Notes: generated by a model from the sequence alone, not told the origin. A stretch of 64,000 nt of DNA from Chiloscyllium plagiosum (GCF_004010195.1 NC_057720.1:31400082-31464081); one strand, 5' to 3'. Shown: positions 49,775 through 63,700, counted from the first letter of the stretch. Numbers and translations are program-made.

Positions 49775-51059
49775 AGAGTCACAGAGTCATAAAGATGTAC
49801 ACCCTTTGGTCCAACCCATCCATGCCGACCACATATCCCAACCGAATCTAATCCCACCTGCCAGCACCCGGCCCATATCCCTCCAAACCCTTCCTATTCA
49901 TATACCCATCCAAATGCCTCTTAAATGTTGCAATTATACCAGCCTCCACCATATCCTCTAGTAGCTCATTCCATACACGTACCATCCTCTGTGTGAAAAT
50001 GTTGCCCCATAGGTCTCTTATATCTTTCCCTTCTCACCCTAAACCTATGTCCTCTAGTTCTGGACTCCCCCACCCCAGGGAAAATACTTTGTCTATTTAT
50101 CCTATCCACGCCTCTCATAATTTTGTAAACCTCTATAAGGTCACCCCTCAGCCTCTGATACTCCAGGGAAAACAGCCCCAGCCTGTTCAGCCTCTCCCTA
50201 TAACTCAAATCCTCCAACTCTGGCAACATCCTTGTTATTTTTTTCTGAACCCTTTCAAGTTTTACAACATCTTTCCGATAGGAAGGAGACCAGAATTGCA
50301 CGCAATATTCCAACAGTGGCCTAACAAATGACCTGTACAGCAGCAACATGACATCCCAACTCCTGTACTCAATACTCTGACCAATAAATGAAAGCATACC
50401 AAACGCCTTCTTCACTATCCTATCTACCTCCGACTCCACTTTCAAGGAGCTTTGAACCTGCACTCCAAGGTCTCTTTGTTCAACAACACTCCCTAGGACC
50501 TTACCATTAAGTATATAAGTCCTGCTAATATTTGCTTTTCCAAAAAAAGCAGCACCTCGCATTTATCTGAATTAAACTCCATCTGCCATTTCTCAGCCCA
50601 TTGGCCCATCTGGTCCAGATCCTGTTGTAATCTGAGGTAGCCCTCTTCCCTGTTCACTACACATTCAATTTTGGTGTCATCTGCAAACTTACTAACTGTA
50701 CCTCTTATGCTCGTATCCAAATCATTTATGTAAATGAGAAAAAGTAGAGGACCCAGCACAGATCCTTGTGGCACTCCACTGGTCACAGACCTCCAGTCTG
50801 AAAAATAACCCTCCACCACCACACTCCATCTTCTACCTTTGAGCCAGTTCAGTGTTCAAATGGTTAGTTCTCCCTGTATTCCATGAGATCTAACCTTGCT
50901 AATCAGTCTCCCATGGGGAACCTTGTTGAACGCCTTACTGAAGTTCATATAGATCACATCTACTGCTCTGCCCTCATCAATGCTCTTTGTTACTTCCTCA
51001 AAAACCTCAATCAAGTTTGTGAGACATGATTTCCCACACACAAAACCATGTTGACTATC
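49775..51059 (-). mobile_element. Truncated HER1/CR1 LINE inside an older plus-strand CR1 (about 49520-51590)
   Basis: [30 protein letters not shown]. Confidence 0.92.
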
Positions 51060-51934
51060 TTGGACAGGGCTAACGAGACAAGGATTATACAGAGAATGGT
51101 AGAGCCTTGGAAAATACTACAGATTAGAGGGAACTTGGTTTGTCTATCTACAGATCCCTGAAGGTAGCAGTGGGGCTTGATATTATGATTAAGAAGGTAT
51201 TTGAGATAATTGACTTTACTAGTCAAGGCATAGAATACAGAGCAGAAAGTTATGCTGGAACTGCATAAAATGCTGGTTAGGCCACAATTTTATGCAATTC
51301 TGGTCAGCACATTATAGGAAGGATGTGATTGCACTAGAGATGGTATTGAGAAGATTTACCAGGATGTGGCCAAGGTTGGAGGATTTGAGCTAAGAGGAAT
51401 GGTTGGACATGTTGGAGTTGTTTTCCTTGCAGCAGCAAAGTCGAGAGGGGACCTGATAAAGGTGTATAAGGTTATGAGGGGCATAGAAAGAGCATATAAG
51501 GTGTCACTTCCTCAATTAGTAAAGGGATCAATATTGATTGATGCAGACACAATGGGCCAAAGTGTCTTCTTCTGAGTTGTAAACATCTATGAGTCTCAAT
51601 TCACTATGTCAAAGTTCCATGGCCGTCATTGTCTGGGTCCTCTGTCCCACTGTGTGCAGAACTATTTTAAACCATATGTTGTGAGATACAAGTGCTATCT
51701 GCTCATTTCACGAAAGACCTGTTCTGTTTCTGATGTTTGTAACACAACTTCAAGTGTGACCTGTGAATCTGGCCCAGCAGTGGTTATTGTTGCTGTTGCA
51801 GAGAAGTAGAGGAGCAGCAGAAAAGCCGGCAAGTCCTTCACTCTGACAAGAGGTCCATACAATGCAGCAACGTTCAACAGATTCTGAACAACCTCCACAT
51901 GAAGAGGTCGTAGCTGAAGGTCCCCTCAGGATGA

Positions 51935-52060
51935 GCAGGAGTTGTAAGAGGCCCACAGTATATCATCCTCATTGCCATTTCCTCCAGATAAGCGAGGAGC
52001 AGCAGTGTCACTGTCAGATTGAGGACAGCCTTGGACACTGTTACAGAACAATGCTGACTG
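51935..52060 (+). pseudogene. Possible Harbinger transposase N-terminal remnant
   Basis: RPTVYHPHCHFLQISEEQ then, after a frameshift, RLRTALDTVTE; resembles the VYR..FL.MSE.QC.RRLR motif of HARBI1-like proteins. Confidence 0.45.
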
Positions 52061-52395
52061 CTGGAGAACCACTTGTAATGTGAAGGAGTGGATGGCCATC
52101 CTATTCTGGTGTCTATCAAGGGGTCAGCAGCATTAAATAACAATTGGCTGCCCTAGGAAACCTGCATAGGATCTCACAACCCATTTTCTTCTTTTCTCCC
52201 TTTCACATCTTACCTCTTTGGTGAACTTTATAAAGATCAGCATCAAAATTCCTCTTTGCAACATTTCTGAAAAAATACCTTTGGATCATTTATTACTTTA
52301 AAGGTGATAACAAAATATAGTCTGGTGTTGTTGATAAGTCTGTTCCTACTCAATGCTTACTCATGCTTTTTCACCAGTGTAGATGTGGGAATCCC

Positions 52396-52447
52396 TGGAT
52401 GCTGCCTGACCTGCTGTGCTTTTCCAGCACCACTCTAATCTAGACTC
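52396..52447 (+). mobile_element. 52 bp PLE pLTR micro-insertion
   Basis: 13 bp TSD ATGTGGGAATCCC (52383-52395, 52448-52460); GGATGCTGCCTGACCTGCTG core. Confidence 0.85.
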
Positions 52448-52603
52448 ATGTGGGAATCCCAGTTGAGCTAGCTTCAGGTGCTTCTCGAATTTACCACCAC
52501 AAAGGTGGCTTTAAGCAACTAAGATCTGCGAGCTCAGTAGAAACCAAATTCTGAAGTTTGAACTTGATCTGTTTAGCTCATGCACAAATAAAATTCTAAT
52601 AGC

Positions 52604-54035
52604 ATCATAGAGTCATACAGCACGGAAACAAACTCTTCATTCCAACTCTCCATGTTGGTCAAGCTTCCCAAACTGAACTAGTCCCACTTGCCTGCCTTTG
52701 GCCCATAATCCCTCCAAACATTTTCTATTCACGTAACTATCCAAATGTTTCTTAAACATTGGAACTATATCTGCATCTATCACTTCCTCTGGCAGTTTAT
52801 TCCACATACGAACTACCCTCTGTGTGAAACATTGACCCTCAAATCCCTTTTAAGTCTTTCTTCTCTCATCTTAAAAACATGCCCACTAGTTTTGAACACT
52901 CCTACCCTCGAGAAAAGACCATTCTTAGTTACCCTATCCATGCCACTCATGGTTTTATAAACCTCAGTAAGATCACCCTCAATGTCCTTTGGTTCCAGTG
53001 AAAAAGGTCTCAGCCTATCCTTATAACTCAAACCTTCCATTCCTGGCAACATCCTGGTGAATCTTTTCTGAACCGTCTCCAATTTAATAATATCCTTTCT
53101 ATAGCTGGGCAACCAGAATTGCACCTGGCACATGTACTCCAAAGTGGCCTCACCAATATCCTGTACAATCTCAACATGACATCCCAACTTCTATAATCAA
53201 TGGTCTGAGCAATGAAGGCAAGTGTGCTAAACACCTTCATAACTATCCTGTCTGCCTATAGAGAGCTATAGGGAGAGTCTGAATAGGCTGGGACTGTTTT
53301 TGCTGGAGCGTTGGAGGCTGATGGATGACCTTTATAGAGGTTTATAAAATCATGAGGAGCATGGATAGGGTAAATAGACAAAGTCTTTTCCCTGGGGTGG
53401 GGGAGTCCAGAACTAGAGGGCATAGGTTTAGAGTGAGAGGGGAAAGATATAAAAGGAACCTAAGGGGCAACTTTTTCACACAGATGGAGGTGTGTAATTG
53501 GAATCAGCTGTCAGAAGAAGTGGTGGATGTTGGTACAATTGCAATATTTAAAAGGCATCAAAAGGTATATGAATAGGAAGGTTTTGGAGGGATATGGGCC
53601 AAATGCTGACAAATGGGACTAGATTAGTTTGGGATATCTGGTCAGCATGGACGAGTTTTACCCAAGGGTCTGTTTCCATGATGTACATCTCTATGACTCT
53701 TTAACTCTATGACCTGTGATGCAACTTTCAAAGAACAATGTACTGAACTCCACCCAGAACAATGCAACCCAGGGCTCTACTGTTAAATGTACAAGTCCTG
53801 CCTTTATTTATTTTATCAAAATGCAATTTGTCATATTTATCCAAATTAAACTCTATTTGCCACTCCTCAGCCCAATGGCCAATTGATCAAGATCTCTTTG
53901 TAATCTTAGATAATGTTTTTCACTGTCGCCTGTACCACCAATTTTGGTGTCATCTGCAAACTTAACTAATCATGCCTCCTAAATTCTCATCCAAATAATT
54001 TGTATAAATGACAAACAAATGTGGACCCAGCACCT
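52604..54035 (-). mobile_element. Truncated CR1 with a nested plus-strand HER1 3' end (53258-53712)
   Basis: RT C-terminal motifs on opposite strands; minus-strand homology resumes after 53712. Confidence 0.88.
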
Positions 54036-55117
54036 TCCTTACAGGATCTTAAACACATCAATTACAGCTTGTCACAATGTCTTCATAAATGTGAGTTTAA
54101 GAGGGAATCAGATGGTGTGGTGTTTAAAATATTGAAAGAATTTGATAGGATAGATAGGATTTAGCTATTCAGTAAATTGAAAACAATGGAACATAAGCTT
54201 AAAATTAGAGCTGGAGGAAGCAATAGCATGATCAGAGAGCTCTGTTTCACACACAGAGTTCTAAAATCTGGAACTAATTCTCCGAAAAGGCTAAAACATT
54301 TGAACTTTCGAGACTAAGTTAGATATATTTTTATAAATTAAGGCTGTCTGTCAAAGGCTAGGAGCAAAGGTGTGAAAATAGTGTTGAGCTACAGATCAGC
54401 CCTGCTCTAACTGAATGGCAGAGGAGGTATAAGGGGCTGCATAATCTACTATTCCTAATGTTGCTATGCCCCTCCCTAAAGTCTAAACCTCTCTGGAATT
54501 ACATCCACAATCTCACTAATCTTACTGTGGCAACAATGGGCCTTTAATCTGGATATCAATCTCACATTTCCATCCAGCTCACTCATTTAACAGAATCAAC
54601 ATATTGAGTATGATATGAGTCTTCTTCAGAACTCAAGTTAGTTAACCCTGTTCTCTCTGCTTCTCTGCAGAGTTAACTCAGCTTCTCTCTCCAAATCATC
54701 TCTCTCCACAGATACTGCCAGACCTGCTGAGTTTCTCTAGTACTTCCTGTATTTGTTTGGATGATTTCAAGTTTATGCAGGGTAGAATGTGGGAGACCAG
54801 CCAAAACAGCATGGGAACAGTCAAGTCTAGAGATGGTAAAGTTGTGAACAATGGTTTCAGTGGCAGGTGTAGAAATAAATGGTCTTAGTAAAAGTGCAGA
54901 TATATGGTGGATAGCTCATCTCAAGGTCAAGTTTAACAACAAGGTTGCCAACAGACTGCTTTGCCTCAGACCACTGTCAGGCACAGAGGGAGGGAAAGAG
55001 AGTTGATAGCTAGGGAATGGAATTTGGAACAGGAGCTGGAAGGACAGACTTTAATCTTCCCAACATTTAATTGGAGGCACTCCCAGAACTGAATGTCAAA
55101 TAGACAGATTGATAAGT

Positions 55118-55242
55118 CCTGAAGAAGGGCTTATGCCCAAACGTCGATTCTCCTGTTCCTTGGATGCTGCCTGACCTGCTGCGCTTTTCCAGCAACACAT
55201 TTTTCAGCTCTGATCTCCAGCATCTGCAGTCCTCACTTTCTC
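55118..55242 (+). mobile_element. PLE solo pLTR mini-element
   Basis: 13 bp TSD CAGATTGATAAGT (55105-55117, 55243-55255); begins CCTGAAGAAGGGCTTATGCCC-AAACGTC (core G missing). Confidence 0.88.
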
Positions 55243-55916
55243 CAGATTGATAAGTAAGCCAAAACAGATAAATTGAGGGTAGTGATTCAGAAGTACAACT
55301 GGCTGTTTGTCAGTTAATGCGAAAGCTGACACTTTGCTTTCAGATGATTTCATGTGCAGATGATAATCAGGACGTAGCCAAGAATAGACCTTGAGGAACA
55401 TGAGAGGTAAGAGTAGCAAGAGGAGCAAGAAGAAACAGTGATTAGGTAGATAACAATGTTCTCTCCATCATGCCAATTCTATCAGCGTTATTGACATCCT
55501 GACTGTACAATCTTACCAGTTAGAATGCAGTATTTGCTTTCCTTAGTACAAAACAAACTAATATACAATGATGGTTAGTAGGCAGGTGCTAAATGCAATG
55601 TTGGGGCAGACCTGTGCTTTAACTTGCAATGAGATATTGAAATGTTTGCATAATTGTTCGTCATTGCATTAATATTAGATGCTGACAGGATAAAACATTG
55701 TGGGAACATTATCTTTTCACCATCTGGTTTAGTTTATGTCAGTTAGAGCAAAATATTCTCTCTTTTTGTTCCCTGCATTTTTGAAAAACCACGATGGTGA
55801 CACGTCTGGGAGTTCTAACATGCACCACACACTGGTAGAATTCAAGTCCGCACAACAATTCTAAGAATGGTGAGGCTCACCATCATGAGCACGATGTCAC
55901 TGAGGTCTTATGGCAG

Positions 55917-56463
55917 AATGAACATAGAACATAACAGCGCAGCACAGGCCCTTCGGCCCTCGATGTTGGGCCGATCTGTCATACCAATCTGAAGCCCATC
56001 TAACCTACACTATTCCATGTATGTCCATATGCTTGTCCAATGACGACTTAAAGGTACTTAAAGTTGGCGAATCTACTACCGTTGCAGGCAAAGCATTTCA
56101 TAGATGGAAATGTGTTGCTGGAAAAGCGCAGCAGGTCAGGCAGCATCTAGGGAACAGGAGAATCGACGTTTCGGGCATTAGCCCTTCTTCAGGAATGAGA
56201 AAAGAAGAAGGGCTAATGCCCGAAACGTCGATTCTCCTGTTCCCTAGATGCTGCCTGACCTGCTGCGCTTTTCCAGCAACACATTTCCATCTCTGATCTC
56301 CAGCATCTGCAGACCTCACTTTCTCCTCAAAGCATTTCATACCCTTACTACTCTCTGAGTAAAGAAACTACCTCTGCCATCTGTCCTATATCTATCACCC
56401 CTCAATTTAAAGCTATGCCTCCTCATGCCCGCTGTCACCATACTTGGAAAAAGGCTTTCCCTG
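55917..56463 (-). mobile_element. CR1 3' end hosting a fold-back PLE
   Basis: ACAGGCCCTTCGGCCC stem-loop and (ATAGAAC) tail. Confidence 0.85.
56103..56327. mobile_element. Fold-back PLE pLTR mini-element
   Basis: 14 bp TSD CAAAGCATTTCATA (56089-56102, 56328-56341); inverted arms of about 88 bp; intact hammerhead core on the minus strand. Confidence 0.9.
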
Positions 56464-56479
56464 TTTGGATCTCTGCCTC

Positions 56480-59001
56480 TGTGTCAGAAATGAGAGCAGT
56501 TGTGATATTGATAAGGGAGAATATTACAGCTGTATTGAGGAAGGATGCCTTGGAGGGCTCATCCAGTGAGGACATATGAATAGAGCTCAGGAATAGAAAG
56601 AGTGCAGTCAGTTTAATAGGATTGTACTACAGGTCTCCCAACAGTCAGTGACTGATAGAGGAAGAGATAAGTGGAACGATTGTGGAAAAATATAAAATAA
56701 TTGTTGTGGTCAGTGATTTTAATTTCCCCTTATTGACTGGGACTCACTTAGAGTCATAGAGATGTTCGGCATAGAAACAGACCCTTCGGTCCAACCCATA
56801 CATGCCGACCAGATATCCCAACCAAATCTAGTCCCACCTGCCAGCACCCGGCCCATATCCCTCCAAACCCTTCCTATTCATATACCCATCCAAATGCCTC
56901 TTCAATGGACTTGGATGGGAGAGGGGCAGACATTGGTATGTGTGTCCAGGACAGTTTTTTGAAATAATATATAAACAGTCCAACTAAGGAAAGACTCATA
57001 CCAACCTGGTTTTGCAGAATAAGCCCAGCCAGGTGATTGAAGTTTCAGTGGGGGAGCATTTTGGAAACAGTTACCATATTCTGTAAGTTTTAAGTTACTT
57101 ATGGATAAGGATAAGAGTTGTCCTCAGGTGAAAGTACTAAACTGGAGGAAGCTAAACTGCCACAATATCAGGCAGGAACTGGGGAATGTAGACGAAGGGT
57201 GACTGTTTGAGGGTAAATCCACATCTGGCATGTGGGAATTTTTTAAAGGCTAGTTGATCAGAACCAACATGTTCCTGTGAAAATGAAGGATAAAGATGGC
57301 AAGACTCAGAAACTTTTGATGACAAGAGAAATTGAGAGCTTGGTCCAAAAGAAAAAGGAAGCATATGTAGGTTTAGGAAACTGAAGACAAAGTCCTCAAA
57401 GATACAAGGAAAGCAGGATAGAACACAAAAAGGGAATTCGAAGGGGTAAAAAGAGGCCATGAAATGTCTTCGACATAAAAGGATGAAGGAAAATCCCAAG
57501 GTGTTTAATATAGATAAAAGGAGTAAGAGGGTAGCTAGACTAAGTCCGCTCAAGGACAAAGGAGGGAATTTATGTGTGAAGTCGGAGGAAGTGCGTTAGG
57601 TCCTCAATGATTACTTTGCATTGGTATTCACAAAAGAGAAGGACATGATGGATGGTGAGTCTCAGATGAGGTATTAAGCCAGACAGATTCTCAGGACCAG
57701 ATGGGATCTACTCCAGCATACTGACAGAGAGAGGTGAGGAACTTGATGGAGCCTTGTACGAAATAATTGTATCCTCTATAGTCACAGGAAAGATACCAGA
57801 GGACTGAAGAGTAGTCAGCATTGTTCCTTTCTTTAGGAAGAGCAACCGGGATAATCCAGGAAATTACAAACTGGTGAGCCTTATGTCAATATAAGCAAAA
57901 CTATTGGAGGAGATTCTTAGGAATAGAATTTACTCACATTTGGAAAAGATATGGACTTAGTAGTGATAGACAGCATTGTGCAGGGATGGTCATGTCTCAC
58001 AAACTTAATTGAGTTTTTTGAAAGTGACAAAGATGGTTAATGAGGACTGGATGGTAGATGTTGTCTATGTGGACTTTAGCAAGTTCTTTAACAAGGTCCC
58101 TCATGATAGGCTGACACAAAAGGTAAAGTCACATGGGATCCACAGTGAGGATACAGTAGGATATGGATAGGCTGGAGGCTTGGGCAGAGAAATGGCAGAT
58201 TAAATTTAATCTGAACAAATATATGAGGTGATGCATTTTGGAATATTTAATGCAGGAGGGACGTATACAGTAAAAGGCGGAATCCTTAGTAGCATCAACA
58301 TACTCAGGGATCTGGACAAACAGGTCCATAGTTCCCTGAAAATGGCAATACAAATGGATAAGAAAACTTATGGCATGCTTACCTTCTTTGTTCAGGGCAT
58401 AGAGTATAAAAATTTGCAAGTCATATTACAGCTGTACAGAATTTTATTTAGGCCACATTTGGAATATTGTGTGCACGTCTAGTCACCACACGACCAGAAG
58501 GATGTGCAGGCTTTGGACAAAATACAGAAACAGTTCACCAGAATGATGCCTGGTTTGGAGGGTGTTGCTATGGGGAGAGATTGGACAGACTTGGTTTATT
58601 TCACTTGAATTTTGAAAATGAGGGGCAACCTGATAAAAGTTTACAAAATTATGAGTGACATAGATAGAATGGATAGTCAGAATCCTTTTCCTAGGGTAGA
58701 AATGTCAATTACTAGGGGATATTTGTTTAATGTAAAATTGGATAAGTTAAAAGGAGATGTGAGAGGCAAATCTTTTTAGGGGGTGTTAATTGTCTGGAAT
58801 GTGCTGCTAGAGGAGGTGGTGGAGGTTGATACAATAGCAGTATTTAAGAGGCATCTTGACAGATATATGAATATGCAGGGAATAGAGGGATATAGACTGA
58901 GTAGAGGCAAAAAAGCTTTTAGTTTAGAAAGGCATCATGTGTCACTGCAGTCTTGGTGGGCCGAAGGGCCTGTTCCTGTGCTGTACTGTTCTGTGTTCTT
59001 T
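56480..59001 (+). mobile_element. Decayed CR1 ORF2 and 3' end with a nested minus-strand HER1 tail (56750-56902)
   Basis: SDFNFP, DFSKFF and RPHLEYCV motifs; GGGCCGAAGGGCC tail. Confidence 0.85.
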
Positions 59002-60659
59002 CAAGTGGAGTCCCATTCTATAATTTGATCATCACGGAAGATGTATTCAGAATCAGCCAAACAGATTGATTAACAATCTGCAATTCTTCCAATGCACGTT
59101 AATGGCAAGTGCTAAGAGTGGGAGAGATTCAGGAAGCCATATGTGTTGGAATGAAAATTGGAACATCTATCATCACTATCCCTAGTTCCAGACTCCAATA
59201 TGCATGTGAAAGTGCATTTTGCCACAGCAAATCAGAATCTCAGACTTCCTGTCTCTCCAATGTCTGTCAAATGTATTATGGAATAACCTTCAATGGTTTA
59301 GGTGAGTGCAGCTCCAAGAACAGTCAAAAAGCTGAACATCATCCAGTATAAAGCAGCCTTCTTGATTGACCCCCATCAGCCACCTTCCACATTCAATCCC
59401 TTCACCACCTATGCACAGTGGCAGCAGTGTGAGCCATCAGAAGATGCCCTTTACCAACTCGCCAAAGCTTTTCTGTCAGCGCTTTCCAAACCGGCAACTT
59501 CTATCACCTCGAGTGACAAAGACAACAAATACTTGAGAATATCGCCACGTGCAAGTTCCCATTCAAACCACATGTAATTTTAATTTGGAACTGTATCACT
59601 GTTCCTTCGAGGTCGCTATGTCAAAATCCTGGAAATCCCTTCCAACAGTACTGTAGATGCCCCAACTCCCTAAGGACTGCAGCAATTCAAGTAGGCAGCT
59701 CATCACGTTTTCTCCAACGTAATTGGGATAGGCAATATATTCTGGCACAGCCTGCAACACACACATTCCCTCAACAAATAAAAAAAAGGTTACAAAACCT
59801 ATTTCCTTCCTGCAGTCAGAGAAGCCTTTGAGATAAATATGTTGGGTTTTTATATCCTTCTAGTTCAGTGAGAACTACGTTTCCACGAATTGACAGCATC
59901 CTTTAACCACAGAAAGCAAAAGAAAACTCGGAATCCAGTAAAATGTCAACTGACAGAGAAGAAGTTGTAGTCGAACATTATGGCATTGTATCAAAGGCCT
60001 TTTGGAAGTCAATGTGCATCACATCAACAATAATTAACCTCTTCAGCCCTCTCAAACAGGTTTACCCCATTTTGGCTACTTAGAATATAAACTTGAACGA
60101 TGCGAAGTTTTAGTAGCACACGGGAACTACAATCATTCCCAAAACCAGAATAATTCAATCATTATAACTTTGAACATTGTCTGCCACAAAAGTCAGAAAA
60201 AGTTGCAAAAATACTGATTGTAGAGTTTGCCATTCATTAGATATATTCATACTAACATTGATGAGGAGCAGCATTCAGGTGCCTACAATCTTGATAGAAG
60301 GTTCCTTTAGTGACCTGGTCCTTTACTATAATGCATGCACATGCCAAATTTCTTTCTCAGAAACAGATTCTTCCACCCTTTAAACTGATGAAGTCTTCTG
60401 ATGTCCTGTACACCCTGACAAAGTGCTTCATTTTCAACATGAGTTACACTTTCTCTCTCTGAATGAGGCATGATGATTTGAATCAAGATCGACCTCCTCA
60501 ATTTGGGGATATTTTTGAGGAGATCTGACCATGATAGACATGTGTTAAAAAAAACCCGCTGAGGTCTCTTTGTTCTCTAATGTTGCACTTAAGCTGGACG
60601 GAACAAGCTCTGTCTGCAACTCTGTGCGTGACTGTGTAACAAAATAGTACTTTCCTAAA

Positions 60660-60790
60660 ATCATAGAATCCTGACAGTGTGAGGGGTCCATTTAGCCCAT
60701 CAAGTCCAGATTGACCCTCTGAAGAGCATCCATCCAGACCCAGGCCCCTACTATATCCTCATAATCCTGTGATTACCCTGGTTACCCTGT
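60660..60790 (-). mobile_element. HE1 SINE / CR1 tail fragment
   Basis: TCATAGAATCC..ACAGTG..CCATTTAGCCCATC, as at 11036. Confidence 0.55.
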
Positions 60791-63700
60791 GAACAGGAGC
60801 TTAATTGTAACTCATTTAAAATGCTTCCTGCCTTATGCTTACAACTTGCTTTCAGTACCTTTGTACAGCGCCCACGAACACATACACTCAAACACTGAAC
60901 AACTGAACACAACAGCAGAAGATTGTGAAGATGCAGAGCGGGGTACAAGATTGATTGCTTGATTAAAACCTTTTAGCTACCCTAATAGTTTTGAAGAGAG
61001 TAATTGACTTTAGGACTGATTTGTTCCAGGTGTACAAAATACTGACATTAAGAAGATTACATGAACAAAGGATTTCAATTGAGTAGTTTAGAGAGAACAT
61101 GGGGCCATTTTCACAAATTCCATCAGATCAGAGTTAGGACACATGACAGTTCTTCCTATCCCAAAAAAATAGTAGGCCTGTGAAGCAGGACAGTTGCTTG
61201 TACACTGAAAAATGCTGATATTCTGCAGATTATGGTTCAGATGAAGATCACATCTTGTGACCTCTGATACCTATCCAAGGCATCACAATCCCCTTTTTTT
61301 GTATTTCATTGTTCAGTGTTTGATTGTGTGTGTCTGTGGACTGCTTCCTCTGATGTGTGTCATGTGCCTGTGGGTGTTGTAACAAAGGAATTGAAAGCAA
61401 GCTGCAAGTATGCAGTAGCAGATATTTTAAAAGTATTATAATTAAGCTCGTGTCACACAAAGAACCTGGAAAGGGATGGATACTCTATAATAGGAATAAT
61501 ACTCCATGTGAAGGTCAGGATCAATGGGATTTCTTGAAATAGGCTAGACTAGAGAAGAATATTTCAGATGTTTTTTACACTACCTGGTCTTGATGTTTTT
61601 TTAACTCTCCCATATTATTACCTAGTTCTGTGTGAATAGGCTGTGTATTTGTTGTGATGATACTTTATGGAACAGGCTAGTTGGACCTGTGACCTTTTCC
61701 TATGTATGAGCAGAATTCTTATATAAAAACTGAAAGAACTGGGATGCTGTAAATCAGAGACAAAAACAAATTGCTGGAGTAGCTCAGCAGGTCTGGCCAG
61801 CAGCTGTGCAGAGAAATCAGAGTTAACGTTTCAGGTTGACTGATTCTTTCTCAGCACTCGTTCTGAGGAAGGGTCACTTGACTCAAAGAGTTATTGCATG
61901 TTTCTTATGGCATAAAGCAGCAATTCCTAGATGCAGTGGAGATGAGCAAAGAATCAAAGAAGCTTGAATTATGTTGAAGCTCTGCTGTAATTTCAAATGG
62001 AAAATCTAATGAAATAATTGTTTATAATTCCTGATGGGAAATTTGAATGGATGCTGGAAACCCTCTATTGGTGGAAGCATAAGACTGCAAGAAGATATGC
62101 AAAAATTGAATGCATACAGATGCATACAAGTTCTTATAGCCATATTAGAAAGGCAAAATTATCCTCTGTCTGCACTCAGGGTAAAGAAAAACAGGTGACA
62201 AAGAGGCTATTGAATAAAAGAGAAAAGAACTGTACAGCATGACTCAATGGGCAGTCCACAGGCCAGACCAGCAATCCATGTTTATCAAATGCTGAGTTGC
62301 AATGTGTATACCTTGAAATAGTTGAGAAGAGGTAGTCCTGCTTGATATCATAAGCATAGGTCAGTGCTAGAGTATGTTTGCAAAGAGGTACGGGCTAATG
62401 GAAAATTGCAGCTGGGCAGTGCCATTACTGGCTGTGCCCAATCATATTCCATATATTAGCAAAAACTGATGACACCATCCTATATCCATCTTGCAGCTGA
62501 CCAGATCACGGATAAAGCAGTTTCTCAGGTTCAGTATGGCAATGCCTGCATGTTTGGAGAGGTGAGAGGAAAAAGATTTAAAAGAGATCTAAGGGGCAAC
62601 TTTATTTTGCAGAAGGTGGTGCGTGTGTGGAATCAGCTACCAGACGAAGTAAAGGAGGTTGATACAACTACAACATTTAAAAGGCATTTGGATGGGTACA
62701 TGAATAGAAAGGGTTTCGAGGGATATGGGTCAAAAGCTGGCAAATGTGACTGGATAAATTTAGGATATTTGGCATGGACGAGTTGGATCAAAGGGACTGT
62801 TTTAGTGTTGTATAATTCTGAAAGTCTGTAATTTGATGGATGCGGCTCAGAAATACTGCCTCATGAAGCACCTTGGACAGCTGTGGAAAGGTGCCAAAAA
62901 GCAGCTCCAGAAGCAATAGCAATTTTTTTCATTTTTTGAGATGTCAAAAAAAGATAAACAACTGGTAAGTGTATGGCAAATAGTAAACGGTTGAGAAGGT
63001 TCACCCTAATTTTACTGCACCAGTTCTAGCCTTCTAGCAATTTTGAATGTCCATATTAAAGCAGTATTTATTTAGAGAGCTCAGAGAAAACAACAATGGG
63101 AAAAAAATCCTCCTTGTTTGGTGTTTTGATACCTCTTCCATACAGCAGGCAGTATTTTAGTGGACGATACTAGTTACCAATTCTGCAGGAAAAGGACGTT
63201 TATCATGGCAGACATAGTTTTATTCATCCTTGGTTCATTTTCTCTGTCCAGATAATGCAACAGTACAAGAAGCAATGATCATCAAAACCTTGTGTATATG
63301 ATCTTTAGATATTTACAGTAGGCATCTTCTGCCACCCTATGGCCATCTCTTGATATTACATGTACTATGCCAATTAAATTAATGGAGTTGAGAAAAATAA
63401 AAATTTCAAGCTTAAAATATTCCTTTACCTAATGCAATCTTCTTTTTAATCTTCTACTTACAGAAGTGATATTAATTTTGATTTTCCAAACTCAAGTCTG
63501 CTGCTAGACAAATAAATGGAAGAAAGGAAAACGGAAAGAACTGTAGGCAGGCTAATTCTCCACAATTTGCAGTAGGCAGTTGGTGTTTTGATTCAAAGTT
63601 CACTTCACAGTTATTTGTAGAAATTGTCAGATATTTAGTTTTTCTGCAGTTCTACAATTGAGAGATCGAGAAGCCCAAGCGCCAGAAACTCAGTTCAATG

